64,000 nt of DNA from Alkalibacterium sp. (GTDB lineage: Bacteria > Bacillota > Bacilli > Lactobacillales > Carnobacteriaceae_A), in assembly GCA_007692455.1 (NCBI GenBank), contig RECC01000056.1, positions 25,654 through 89,653 of the forward strand. The letters are read 5' to 3'. The stretch's first letter is position 1. Every line of letters starts with the position of its first letter. Of this stretch, positions 33,995 through 45,382 are shown piece by piece. The position numbers were made by a program, and so were the translations under genes. The notes under the pieces were generated by a model, which saw nothing but the letters and a program-made list of their open reading frames with translations, ran no database searches and was not told the DNA's origin.

Positions 33995-34681
33995 TTAATA
34001 TAAAGACTTCACAGTATCTTCCAAGAAATATTCTGGATACTTTTCAATAATATTAACTTCAGTATTCACTTTAAAATTTATGTGGGTCCTTACTAACGTT
34101 TTTATTTCCTCTATTTGCTTATGTTTGATAGCGGAGAACAACTCTTCATGTTCCTCCAATATTTGGTTATAATCAAACGTGAGATCCTCCAAATGAAGCC
34201 ATTTATAGCGGTCGAGGTGAACACTGACTTCTTTAATCCAGTCCCATATTTGTTCCTTTCCAACCATTTCGTAACATGTACGGTGGAATGCATTGTCCAA
34301 GTTATTGTAGGCACAGATATTTCCTTGTTCATATTCAGCTTTTTGTTCGTCTAGAATGGCCTGCAGAAATATTTCATCTTTTTTATTGACCTTAGCTGAG
34401 AGTTCTACCATCACTTCTTTTTCGACACATTCTCTGACAAAGCGGGAGTGAGTTGCCTGATTCATATCAATTTTTGAGACATAGGTACCCGACTGAGGGA
34501 ATGTAAAAATAAGACTCTGCTTCTTTAATTGTTTCAGTGATTCTCTAATAGGGGTGCGCCCGACATCGAGAAGTTCCATCAAATGAGACTCGGATATCTT
34601 TTGGCCAGGATACAATTCTGTCTTAATAATCATTTCACGAAGTTTTTCATAGGTCTGATCCTGCAAAGTAATATTCTGCAT
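33995..34681 (-). CDS. GntR/FadR (FCD) transcriptional regulator
   Basis: LYPGQKISE, VGRTPIRESL, PQSGTYV, DNAFH; AT-rich gene. Confidence 0.92.
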   Translation of the reverse strand: MQNITLQDQTYEKLREMIIKTELYPGQKISESHLMELLDVGRTPIRESLKQLKKQSLIFTFPQSGTYVSKIDMNQATHSRFVRECVEKEVMVELSAKVNKKDEIFLQAILDEQKAEYEQGNICAYNNLDNAFHRTCYEMVGKEQIWDWIKEVSVHLDRYKWLHLEDLTFDYNQILEEHEELFSAIKHKQIEEIKTLVRTHINFKVNTEVNIIEKYPEYFLEDTVKSLY

Positions 34682-34715
34682 CAGTTAAACCTTCCTTTAA
34701 TAGTTAATTGGTTAC

Positions 34716-34733
34716 TTGCATACTAATATGTAA
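34716..34733. promoter_or_regulatory. possible GntR autoregulatory operator
   Basis: Imperfect palindrome TTGCATACTAATATGTAA about 35 bp upstream of the start codon. Confidence 0.45.
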
Positions 34734-34900
34734 AATATACCATAGTAATTATAAAATTTGTAGTGATTTAAAAAACAATACGTCAACTTTAAGAAACATA
34801 ATGATTATTCGCTTGAGAAAGTACATTTGATAGCTAACCTTAAAATATACAATCAAATCTACGTAGGTTTGCTAACTAATAGGCACTCATCCATAAAAAA

Positions 34901-34944
34901 GACCCCCAAAAGTTAGATTATTTACTCTAACTTTTTTGGGGGCC
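34901..34944. mobile_element. hairpin resembling an IS3/IS150-group terminal inverted-repeat remnant (probably also a terminator)
   Basis: GACCCCCAAAAGTTAGA-ttatttac-TCTAACTTTTTTGGGGGCC resembles CCCCAAAAGTTAGAC-type IS150 ends as I recall them; no transposase nearby. Confidence 0.5.
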
Positions 34945-34995
34945 CTAAGCGCCTGCTTTTACCTATCTATTATATTTCTATTAAAAGTTCGATTT

Positions 34996-36702
34996 TCAGC
35001 GGGCACCTCCGCCACTGCCACCAATGGTTCCGCCGCCTCCGCCAATGGATGTTGCTCCGCCGAAACCACTTGACGATGCACTATTTCCGCTGGAGTAGCC
35101 TTTGTTCATACTGCTGGAGAAGACGTGAAGGCCATAGTAATGGGTATAAAATACTGGCAATACCTCGCTGCTTTCTTCCTCCCATTCAGGAAGAAGGGTC
35201 TCTATCAACCCAAAAACTTCCTCTTCTTTTCCATAAAGACCGGCCCAGATTAAAAACGACTCTTCGGGAATAAGTTGCCTGTAGGTGAGGGACTTATCCT
35301 TAGTTAGATCACTCAGGTGATTTTCGAATTGTGTCAACTGATCGTAGAGTTTCTGTCCTTTTTTTGTAATGGCAATAAAGGGCAAGCGTAAGGTAAAGAA
35401 TGAGGCCGTTTCTTCCTTGATAAATCCTTCATTAATTAGCGTATTCTTTGATTCTTCCATTAGTTTTCTGTCCAGGTCGGCTAAGCTTTCTGCCTGCTTC
35501 TCTGCCCACTTTTTCATTTCTTTACTGCTCATCTGATTGTTCTCGTCTGAGGCATCCACCAATGTTTTCCATAACTCTTCTTCAACCTGTGAACTGTTAA
35601 GCGCATTATTTCTGTGCTGGCTAAAAGCATCCGGCAGGAAGGTCAGTTTTGCCTGCTGCTTCTTACTGCTTTTTTCTTCCTCTATTATAAGACTCTTCTC
35701 CTTTGCCCATTTCATTAAGAAGGCAAAGAAATAGTGTTCAAAGGACCCTTTCTGAAGCAGTCTCAGTAAAAAGGCAATATCTGTGATTGAGCCATCATCG
35801 TAAGGAATACCTGTAAAGGCCATTCCTTTATTTCGTTTACGCTGTTCATTACTGTTCGGTATTTTTCCTTTATCTTTTTTCAATTGCTCTACTTTAATCA
35901 ATAACCAGGCAATAAGGAAGACTCCTGCCCCCACACTGCTGACTATGAGCGTAACAATTGTTCCATTGATACCCTCTCCATTTCCATCGGCCGGTACTTC
36001 GCGAGCCTCTTCAACGACACTATCCAGCGACCGGTTCTCATAGTAAGATACTAAAAATGGATTATCGAGAAAATGAACTATAACGGATACAGGCTGATTG
36101 GGTGATAAAGGTGACTGGGTAGCGGATTCAACCCTTCCATCCGACAATTCAATCTGACCGTCATAGCCAAAACCATAAATACGGGTAGTGTCCCCAGCAA
36201 AATGAAACGGACCGGTTATTTCAATTGTCATCGACTCAGGGGGAATAGAACCAAAAGTATTAAAATTCCAATGCATCGACTGCCCGTCATCAAGTTGACG
36301 GACTACATTGGATATGGTGTACGACACTTCATAGAGCTGGCGTCCGTAATCCCCTATTCCCCAAACGAGTTCCTTTCCTGAGGGTGTGTCAATCATTCCG
36401 TATGTATCTGCCTTTTCTTCTCGAGACTGATCTGAATCCCAGTCTGACTGTTCAGTCATGTCTGTCACTGAAAAATCCACGACTTCAAGGCCCTCGACTT
36501 CCTCTATGCTGATAAACAGTTCTGTTCCTTCCTCCATCGTCATGTCCCGGTATTCAGTGATAATTCCTGTGCCGTTCTCTAATAAACGGACTTCCACATT
36601 CAGTTCATGCAAAGTATTTCCACGGGCTTCTGCGGGCGCGGCAAAAACGACACTCCCACAAAATAAACTAATCAGCCACAAAATACCCCATCCCTTTTTC
36701 AT
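34996..36702 (-). CDS. DUF2207 family membrane protein
   Basis: Signal peptide, extracellular beta domain, one TM, C-terminal GGGGG..GGSGGGAR tail. Confidence 0.82.
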   Translation of the reverse strand: MKKGWGILWLISLFCGSVVFAAPAEARGNTLHELNVEVRLLENGTGIITEYRDMTMEEGTELFISIEEVEGLEVVDFSVTDMTEQSDWDSDQSREEKADTYGMIDTPSGKELVWGIGDYGRQLYEVSYTISNVVRQLDDGQSMHWNFNTFGSIPPESMTIEITGPFHFAGDTTRIYGFGYDGQIELSDGRVESATQSPLSPNQPVSVIVHFLDNPFLVSYYENRSLDSVVEEAREVPADGNGEGINGTIVTLIVSSVGAGVFLIAWLLIKVEQLKKDKGKIPNSNEQRKRNKGMAFTGIPYDDGSITDIAFLLRLLQKGSFEHYFFAFLMKWAKEKSLIIEEEKSSKKQQAKLTFLPDAFSQHRNNALNSSQVEEELWKTLVDASDENNQMSSKEMKKWAEKQAESLADLDRKLMEESKNTLINEGFIKEETASFFTLRLPFIAITKKGQKLYDQLTQFENHLSDLTKDKSLTYRQLIPEESFLIWAGLYGKEEEVFGLIETLLPEWEEESSEVLPVFYTHYYGLHVFSSSMNKGYSSGNSASSSGFGGATSIGGGGGTIGGSGGGAR

Positions 36703-36831
36703 ATGTGCTCCTCCTTTTAGACTTGCTCATAGTATATACAAAAATAAAGAGAAAAAACACAGTCTTAGGACTGATTTTTTCTCTAAAAGGACTGATTTGT
36801 TAAATATTTCCGATTAATTCGTTGATTGTGA

Positions 36832-37014
36832 TTAACTTTTCCAATTTCCCGGACTCCACAAGGTTCCATCCAGCTGTCCCTGAAGCTGTTCTTTGCGTGT
36901 TTCCTGCTCATCTAAAAGAGTGACTGCAGCTTGAAGCAGTGCTTTCTGCTTGTAGTCTTGACTCTTTTCAAATAAACGCTTCAGTTCCTGGGTTGCCCAT
37001 TCTTTCTCTTCCAT
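36832..37014 (-). CDS. small helical protein (60 aa)
   Basis: MEEKEWATQELKRL...LDGTLWSPGNWKS; AGAAGGG RBS. The longer ORF-track start overlaps the upstream gene. Confidence 0.8.
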   Translation of the reverse strand: MEEKEWATQELKRLFEKSQDYKQKALLQAAVTLLDEQETRKEQLQGQLDGTLWSPGNWKS

Positions 37015-37045
37015 AAATACCCTTCTTTCTACATAACTCGAACAA

Positions 37046-37753
37046 TCAGTCATGGAAATTATCGATATGCATGCGTAATTCATCCAGTTCCATCCGATTA
37101 TCTTCAAGTAGTTCGATAACCTGCTCGATAACAAACGATGCGTTTTCAACCGGTAAAGTCTCATAGTCAATTGCATTTAATTCTTTTTTTATCCACTCTT
37201 CTCTAGATTTTAAAGAATCCGGTTTAGCCAGAGTCAAATACTGCTGGTACTTGACCAGCACTTCCATTTTTGCCTGTTCACTGAGATAGGCAAATTGATA
37301 AATAACGAGCGGTTTCAGATATGTCATTTGCGTTTTCCTGGCCAGCGCTTGGTAGGGCTTAGTCAGCTCACTCATGCTGTAGCCTTCCTGTCCACCTGAC
37401 TGGTATTCTTTTTCCGCAATCCCGACAGACAGTATCAGTCCGAATTCCTTTCCCTTCAATTTGTTTCCTCTATAGCCAAAAGCAAAATGTTCGGTCAATA
37501 CCTCATCCTGCCACTGTTTGAGAAGCGGCGGAGAGGAATACCAGTAGAAAGGAAACTGAAAAAGAATTCGGTCGTGGTCTTTTAAGAGCTGCTGCTCTTT
37601 TTTAACATCAATTTGACCATCCGGATAAGCCTGTTCAATTACATGGAGCGTAACCTGCTCCAATGGCGGGCTCGTTATGGACTGGATTAAAAACTGCTGG
37701 CTACCTGATTCTTCAACAGTCGGATGACTGACAATCACTAATGTTTTCAACAT
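37046..37753 (-). CDS. flavodoxin-like NAD(P)H oxidoreductase (YwrO/KefF-like) with C-terminal helical extension
   Basis: IVSHP, FQFPFYWYSSPPLLKQWQDEVL. Confidence 0.9.
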   Translation of the reverse strand: MLKTLVIVSHPTVEESGSQQFLIQSITSPPLEQVTLHVIEQAYPDGQIDVKKEQQLLKDHDRILFQFPFYWYSSPPLLKQWQDEVLTEHFAFGYRGNKLKGKEFGLILSVGIAEKEYQSGGQEGYSMSELTKPYQALARKTQMTYLKPLVIYQFAYLSEQAKMEVLVKYQQYLTLAKPDSLKSREEWIKKELNAIDYETLPVENASFVIEQVIELLEDNRMELDELRMHIDNFHD

Positions 37754-37857
37754 CTTTCCCCTTTCTAAAAAGCTTCTATGCTAAGTATACCAAATAGCAG
37801 CATTAAACCATCTGCAAAATGGTCGGCTTCGGTGTTTAGAAGAACCTATGATTTTCT

Positions 37858-38466
37858 TTAAAATGAACTAATTTCTCCAAACCCCTTCTTGTCAAGCCAG
37901 CTCGTAATCCTATCTGCCGTAACTTCTGCAGATAGTTGAGTGGTATTTATTTTCAGATAATGAACTCCGGGCAGCTTTTCTGTTACTTCTCCGTCCAGGG
38001 AATTCAGACGGTGCTTTTTCATGCTTTCAAGCAGTTCCATTTCCGAAAATGAAAGATCACGTTTGGATGGTTTTTTTGACAGCCGATAATCACTTTTATT
38101 CCGCTCAAGGCGTTCATTTAAGTCGGCTTCCAGTTCGACAAAGTACACACTGCCCGCTGCATCCAGGAAGATTGAAGTCCACTCCCGAAGAACGTTCCAG
38201 TCTGCTTCCATATCAAAACCGGCAACCACAGTAAATATGATTCCTTGAGTCGCATTGGTTTCCGCGTTTTCGGTAAAGGCTCTGAAAAGATCAAGCCGGA
38301 TTCTTTCTGACAGACGAAAGGTTTCCGCAGTATAGCCTAGGAAGCGTGCAAACAAATCAATCGTTTCATGATTAAAGAGCAGCCTGGCTTCGATTTTTTC
38401 TTCAAGAGCTTTTCCCACAGTCATCTTGCCTACCGCCTGCGGGCCCACAAGCAATATCAAATCCAT
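37858..38466 (-). CDS. P-loop kinase (shikimate kinase-like/AAA)
   Basis: GPQAVGKMT Walker A, ERLERNK...KPSKR. Confidence 0.8.
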   Translation of the reverse strand: MDLILLVGPQAVGKMTVGKALEEKIEARLLFNHETIDLFARFLGYTAETFRLSERIRLDLFRAFTENAETNATQGIIFTVVAGFDMEADWNVLREWTSIFLDAAGSVYFVELEADLNERLERNKSDYRLSKKPSKRDLSFSEMELLESMKKHRLNSLDGEVTEKLPGVHYLKINTTQLSAEVTADRITSWLDKKGFGEISSF

Positions 38467-38904
38467 TTAAACTCCCTCTTTCTGAAGATACTCTTCATGC
38501 AGCTTTTTAAATAAATCATATAATCCCTTATGCTTGCGTTTAAGCGACAAAGGCCGATATGATTCCTTATCCAGAAAGGCATGTTTCGTTTCTCCTATTG
38601 TTCTCAGTTCACTAGTTACCTTGTCTCTCACGGAATAACCGATGACCATCTTTACACCAGTAAACTCTTTTATTTGTGCATCGATCCAGACTGATTCCCC
38701 ATATCTGACCATACTCTTGTAGGCTGCCTGAACCGATAGTACCGGAATGACAATGCCTTCACTTTCCATCTGATGGTAGCCGTAATTCAACTCTTCCATC
38801 AAATGAGTCCGTGCTTCCTCAAACCACCGAATATAATTGGAATGGTGAACAATCTGCATCTGATCCGTCTCATAATACTGAACTTTGTGAAGCCAAGGTG
38901 TCAT
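38467..38904 (-). CDS. acyl-CoA thioesterase (4HBT/YbgC family)
   Basis: YYETDQMQIVHHSNYIRWFEEAR. Confidence 0.92.
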   Translation of the reverse strand: MTPWLHKVQYYETDQMQIVHHSNYIRWFEEARTHLMEELNYGYHQMESEGIVIPVLSVQAAYKSMVRYGESVWIDAQIKEFTGVKMVIGYSVRDKVTSELRTIGETKHAFLDKESYRPLSLKRKHKGLYDLFKKLHEEYLQKEGV

Positions 38905-39037
38905 GTTTGTGTCCTGCTTTCTATTTTCTTTTTGATATTTTTATCTAGTGTAGCACACTCTAAGCGTTTTATGGTAAAATCGAGACGAAGCAATCATGTG
39001 TATATTATCACTAACAGAGGTAAGGAGGAACATTAAA

Positions 39038-39262
39038 ATGAAAAATATCGGTGTAATTATCGGATGGCTGGCCATGGCTGCCGGAATTTTCGGTCTTGTA
39101 ATGGCTGGAACGGGGAATGATCCTGCAGCAATGATTAGTGCTGGGGTTGGTATTGTACTGGCTGCTATCGGGTTTTTCTTAAAAGCCAATACGACTCGAA
39201 TGAGCATTACTGCTATTGGACTGGCTGTTGCAGCTATTTTGTTTGCAAGTATATCTTATTAA
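39038..39262 (+). CDS. small membrane protein (74 aa, about 3 TM)
   Basis: AAGGAGG RBS, hydrophobic sequence, followed by a terminator. Confidence 0.75.
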   Translation: MKNIGVIIGWLAMAAGIFGLVMAGTGNDPAAMISAGVGIVLAAIGFFLKANTTRMSITAIGLAVAAILFASISY

Positions 39263-39365
39263 TCAACATACACTTATTAAAAGGACCACTTTCTACTCAT
39301 TTTATCGAGAGAAAGTGGTCTTTTCTGTTTCACTTCCGATTAGTTTTTACATTATCTCTTCCCGA

Positions 39366-40085
39366 CTAGCTCATCAATATGAATATAAATGCCCCGATTG
39401 CTCCCCCTAGAAACGGTCCGACAATCGGAATCCAGGCATACTCCCAGTCGGAACTGCCTTTATTGGCAATTGGCAGTATCTGATGGGCAATTCTGGGGCC
39501 CAAATCGCGCGCCGGATTAATGGCGTAACCCGTTGTTCCACCAAGTGACAAGCCAATCGCAACAATCAGCAGACCCACAACGAGTGGGTTCAGTCCATCA
39601 GTGAAGTCTCCCTGTGTAAATGCGAGCAAGCCAAATACTAACACAAATGTAGCTATAGTCTCGGACATTAGGTTCCATTTTGACCCTTTGATCGCTGGTC
39701 CGGTTGAGAAGACTGCCAGTATTGCTTCCTGATCATCTGTTGCCTTAAAGTGCGGCACATAATGGAGCCAGACCAGAACTGCTCCAGTGAATCCCCCGGC
39801 AATCTGAGCCAGTGAATAGGGTATTACCATGGCCCAGCCAATTTCTCCCGCCACTGCCATACCTAATGTAACCGCCGGATTAATATGAGCAGGAGACAGC
39901 CAGCCAACGGCATAAACGGCCATCGCTACTGCCAGTCCCCAGCCAAGGCCAATCATGACCCAGCCGCCTTCATATGATTTGGTTTTTTTCAGGACGTTCG
40001 CAGCAACTACACCGTCACCCAGCAGAATCAGAATCATCGTACCAAAATACTCACCCAGCAATTGCTGAAAAAGTGTGGTTTCCAA
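39366..40085 (-). CDS. glpF: glycerol uptake facilitator
   Basis: HINPAVT and AINPARD motifs. Confidence 0.95.
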   Translation of the reverse strand: METTLFQQLLGEYFGTMILILLGDGVVAANVLKKTKSYEGGWVMIGLGWGLAVAMAVYAVGWLSPAHINPAVTLGMAVAGEIGWAMVIPYSLAQIAGGFTGAVLVWLHYVPHFKATDDQEAILAVFSTGPAIKGSKWNLMSETIATFVLVFGLLAFTQGDFTDGLNPLVVGLLIVAIGLSLGGTTGYAINPARDLGPRIAHQILPIANKGSSDWEYAWIPIVGPFLGGAIGAFIFILMS

Positions 40086-40100
40086 GCGTATTCACTCCCA

Positions 40101-41768
40101 TCAGTCTGATTTCAAGTTACTTAAACTGGCATCTGCTATTCGATTGGTCAGGTGTTCCTGCCACTCTGCCCGCTCTTGTTCAGTCCAGTTCAGTTCCTTT
40201 TCCAGGACGTCCAGGACCGGCTTCTCTAATTCTGACAGCTTCTCCATCGCAAAGAGGAGCGTGTCTGTCCGCCTGCCCAGGAAATCTTCAGGTGCCATGA
40301 CCATCTCATACTCCAGGCCATAAGCCAATTGCAGGGCATCCTTCAACGGAAGGTTGTACTGTTCTGCTTTGTCTTTCAAAGAATAAACCTTGGTGATATT
40401 ACTTCCGTACCAATCAGCCAGAAATTGAGCATCTTCTTTTGTCAGTCCAATATCCAGACCGGGTTGAATCTGGTCTGCAATAAACTGATCAAATGAATGC
40501 GGGTCTTCTACATCTCCACCCGATAGGCGAATAGTACTGGTATCGACTTGTCGGAAATTCATATTCATCTCTGCAAAGCGCTCGTCTATGACCTCAAAGG
40601 CATCTTCAGCCATGCGCCGGTAATCTGTCAGCTTTCCTCCGGCAATAGTTATCAATCCATCCTCTTCTGAAAAGATTTCGTGTCCTCTGGATATGCCAGA
40701 TGGATCGTCATTGTTTTCATCCTGAATGAGTGGACGCAGACCTGACCAGCTGGATTCAATATCTTCAATTTTTATATCTATATCTTTAAAACGGTGGTTG
40801 ACTGCCTTTAGGAGGTAGTCAACATCTTCTCTCGTTATGCTGGGTTCTTCATTAACTCCTTCATAAGGTGTATCTGTGGTGCCAAAATATGTTTTACCGC
40901 CTCGTGGAATAATGAAAATCATGCGATTGTCTTCCTGACCTGAATCGGTATATATAGTACGGGAAACCGGTAGTTTCGAATGCTCTACCACAAAATGCAC
41001 GCCCTTGGTCGGGTACATTTTTTCTTCAGCCTCTCCTTTTCTATTTTTTCTGACCTCATCTGACCAGGGTCCAGCTGCATTAACGACCAGTCTCGCCTCA
41101 ATTTCAAAGCTCTCACCGGAAAGTGTGTCTTTTGCCTTAATTCCTTTAACCGTATTGTCTTCATGATAAAGAAAGTCTTCAGCTTTCACATAATTTGTTA
41201 TCAGTGCTCCCAATTCATGGGCTTTTTTTATGTTCTCGATTGTGAGGCGGGCATCGTCATTCGTGTAGTCCAGATAGAATCCTCCGGCAAGAAGTCCCTC
41301 CTCTTTTAAAGATGGCTCTTCTTTCAGAACCTCTTCTTTTTCCACCAGGTAATGTGCCCACTTTTCATCAACCTCTGCCAGATAATCATATAAATGCAGG
41401 ACAACCTCTGCTGTAAACTTATTGAAAGAGGCTCCCGGTTCGTCATATACCGGCATCATCATATAACTTGGTTGAGCAATATGTGGAGCATTCCCCCCAA
41501 TCACCTCACGCTCCTTTGCGACATCGGCTACAAGCTCCACATCAAACTGCTTCAGGTAGCGCAGGCCACCGTGAACAAGTTTTGAGGACCGACTACTGGT
41601 TCCCGCAGCAAAGTCCTGCATTTCCACCAGTCCCACATCCATATCTCTCGCAGCTCCCTGCAGAGCCAGTCCGGCACCGGTTATCCCGCCACCTATAATG
41701 AGCAGGTCCAGCTTTTTCTTTTTTAAAGTTTCTATAGTCTCTTTTCTAGTCTGAGCCGAAAAAGTCAT
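40101..41768 (-). CDS. glpO: FAD-dependent glycerol-3-phosphate oxidase/dehydrogenase
   Basis: IIGGGITGAG, DFAAGTSSRSSKLVHGGLRYL, DDARL, GGKLTDYR; glpK-glpO-glpF order. Confidence 0.85.
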   Translation of the reverse strand: MTFSAQTRKETIETLKKKKLDLLIIGGGITGAGLALQGAARDMDVGLVEMQDFAAGTSSRSSKLVHGGLRYLKQFDVELVADVAKEREVIGGNAPHIAQPSYMMMPVYDEPGASFNKFTAEVVLHLYDYLAEVDEKWAHYLVEKEEVLKEEPSLKEEGLLAGGFYLDYTNDDARLTIENIKKAHELGALITNYVKAEDFLYHEDNTVKGIKAKDTLSGESFEIEARLVVNAAGPWSDEVRKNRKGEAEEKMYPTKGVHFVVEHSKLPVSRTIYTDSGQEDNRMIFIIPRGGKTYFGTTDTPYEGVNEEPSITREDVDYLLKAVNHRFKDIDIKIEDIESSWSGLRPLIQDENNDDPSGISRGHEIFSEEDGLITIAGGKLTDYRRMAEDAFEVIDERFAEMNMNFRQVDTSTIRLSGGDVEDPHSFDQFIADQIQPGLDIGLTKEDAQFLADWYGSNITKVYSLKDKAEQYNLPLKDALQLAYGLEYEMVMAPEDFLGRRTDTLLFAMEKLSELEKPVLDVLEKELNWTEQERAEWQEHLTNRIADASLSNLKSD

Positions 41769-41812
41769 CAATCGTTCAGCTCCTCTCTTTTATAATCAAA
41801 TCAGCTGACTCG

Positions 41813-43357
<1,545 letters not shown>

Positions 43358-43362
43358 TTAAT

Positions 43363-43376
43363 TGTAAAGGCTTACT
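43363..43376. promoter_or_regulatory. possible cre site upstream of glpK
   Basis: TGTAAAGGCTTACT; deviates from the cre consensus at the central CG. Confidence 0.4.
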
Positions 43377-43528
43377 CATATAACAATTGTATCATTGGAT
43401 AACTGTCTTCTTCTAACAGTAAGCATGTGATTGTGTAAACAAAAATGATTTGTCATCAACAGTCTCCTGTAACTGACAAAAAAAGCAGCCCCTAATAAAT
43501 GCGGGGCTGCTTTGACAATTCAGTTTTA

Positions 43529-44512
43529 TTAAGCGTTCATCAATGCCTGGTTAGCTGTGATGATGGCTGTTTTGTAAACATCTTCTTCGACACATCCACG
43601 AGACAAGTCAGAAACAGGTTTGTTCAGTCCCTGCAGGATTGGTCCAACAGCTTCAAAGTTTCCTAAGCGCTGAGCAATTTTGTATCCGATGTTTCCGGAT
43701 TGCAGTTCAGGGAATACGAATACTGTCGCTTCTCCTGCAACTTTTGAATCAGGTACTTTCTGTTGAGCAACTGCTGATACAAAAGCCGCATCAAATTGCA
43801 GTTCTCCGTCAATTTCATATTCAGGAGCCATTTCCTGAGCAATTTTAGTCGCATTGCGCACTTTATCTACATCCGGTCCACTAGCTGACCCTTTTGAAGA
43901 GAAGCTCAAGAGAGCAACTTTAGGATCAATATCGAACATTTCAGCTGTGCGCGCACTTTCTACTGCGATTTCAGCTAATACCTGCTCATCAGGATTCGGG
44001 TTGATGGCACAGTCTGAGAACACATATTTTTCCTGCCCACGTCCGCGCAGCATAATAAAGGCTCCGGATGTACGGCTCACACCTGGACGGGTTTTAATAA
44101 TTTGAAGTGCTGGACGAACCGTCTCACCTGTTGAGTGAACAGCTCCACTTACCAGTCCGGCAGCATAATCCATATAGACCAGCATAGTTCCGAAATAGTT
44201 TACTTCTTTTAATTGTTCTCTTGCTTGTTCTTCAGTAGCTTTTCCTTTACGGCGTTCAAGAAAGACATTGACCATTTCATCAAATTTATCATACTTTTCC
44301 GGATCGATGATTTCGATTCCCTTTAGCGTATAACCATGTGCTTTGGCTTCTGCTTTAATGTCTTCTTCTTTTCCGATTAGTACAGGTTCCAGTAATTTTT
44401 CATAGTGCAGTCTAAGCGCAGCACCTAATACACGTTCGTCTGTAGCTTCTGGAAAAACAATTTTCAGATTTTTTCCATCAATTTTTTGTTTCAGACTATC
44501 AAATAAATCCAC
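43529..44512 (-). CDS. pta: phosphate acetyltransferase
   Basis: IVFPEATDERVL, SDCAIN, DGELQFDAA, GPILQGLNKPVSDLSRG. Confidence 0.97.
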   Translation of the reverse strand: MDLFDSLKQKIDGKNLKIVFPEATDERVLGAALRLHYEKLLEPVLIGKEEDIKAEAKAHGYTLKGIEIIDPEKYDKFDEMVNVFLERRKGKATEEQAREQLKEVNYFGTMLVYMDYAAGLVSGAVHSTGETVRPALQIIKTRPGVSRTSGAFIMLRGRGQEKYVFSDCAINPNPDEQVLAEIAVESARTAEMFDIDPKVALLSFSSKGSASGPDVDKVRNATKIAQEMAPEYEIDGELQFDAAFVSAVAQQKVPDSKVAGEATVFVFPELQSGNIGYKIAQRLGNFEAVGPILQGLNKPVSDLSRGCVEEDVYKTAIITANQALMNA

Positions 44513-44593
44513 TATAGTTTCCCTCCAAGGTTTGTTTTCAACACTATTAATATACCACTTTCTACTTACTTTTTACAGTTAGATTGCTTCATT

Positions 44594-45292
44594 CTAATTT
44601 TCCTCAGGTTTTGCCGGAAGCGACCAGTCAATCGGCTGGTACCCCAATTGTTCCAGTTTCCTGTTTGCATCTGAAAAAATACCAGAACCTAAAAACCCGC
44701 GATGCGCTGATAATGGACTCGGATGACTCGTACTCAATACTACATGTCGGTCCAGGTCAATTTGCTTCATTTTTTTCTTGGCTGCGTTTCCCCATAACAT
44801 GAATACCATCGGTTCTTCACGGGCATTCAAAGCCTCGATAACATAATCCGTCAAGTCTTCCCACCCCTTATTCCGGTGAGAATGGGCCTGTCCTTCTCTT
44901 ACTGTCAAAACGGTGTTCAGCAGCAGAACCCCTTCTTTGGCCCATTTTTTCAAGTAACCGTGAGTAACCGGTGTGATGTTCAGATCCCGTTCCAGTTCTT
45001 TATAAATATTTTTAAGAGAGGGCGGCAGTCCAATTTTTGGACGGACTGAAAAACTGAGTCCATGAGCCTGGTCCTTTCCATGATAAGGGTCCTGACCTAA
45101 TATAACTACTTTCACCTTCTTGTAGGGAGTCCATTCAAATGCCTGCCAGATATGTTCTTTTGCAGGATATATAGTATGCTGGGTATACTCTTCTTTCAAG
45201 AAGTCTCTTAATTGCTCGTAGCTTGGCTGCTGCTGAGCTTTTTCCAATATTGGTTTCCAGTCACTTTGTACAGGAAGGGTCAAACTTATCAT
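44594..45292 (-). CDS. ung: uracil-DNA glycosylase
   Basis: GQDPYH, HPSPLS. Confidence 0.97.
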   Translation of the reverse strand: MISLTLPVQSDWKPILEKAQQQPSYEQLRDFLKEEYTQHTIYPAKEHIWQAFEWTPYKKVKVVILGQDPYHGKDQAHGLSFSVRPKIGLPPSLKNIYKELERDLNITPVTHGYLKKWAKEGVLLLNTVLTVREGQAHSHRNKGWEDLTDYVIEALNAREEPMVFMLWGNAAKKKMKQIDLDRHVVLSTSHPSPLSAHRGFLGSGIFSDANRKLEQLGYQPIDWSLPAKPEEN

Positions 45293-45382
45293 CCTTTCTT
45301 TCGTGTTTGGTGACTTACTTTTAAGCCGTTTTTTGGTAGACTAGTAGTGGAGAATGATTATGTACAAAAGGAGACGAAATAA

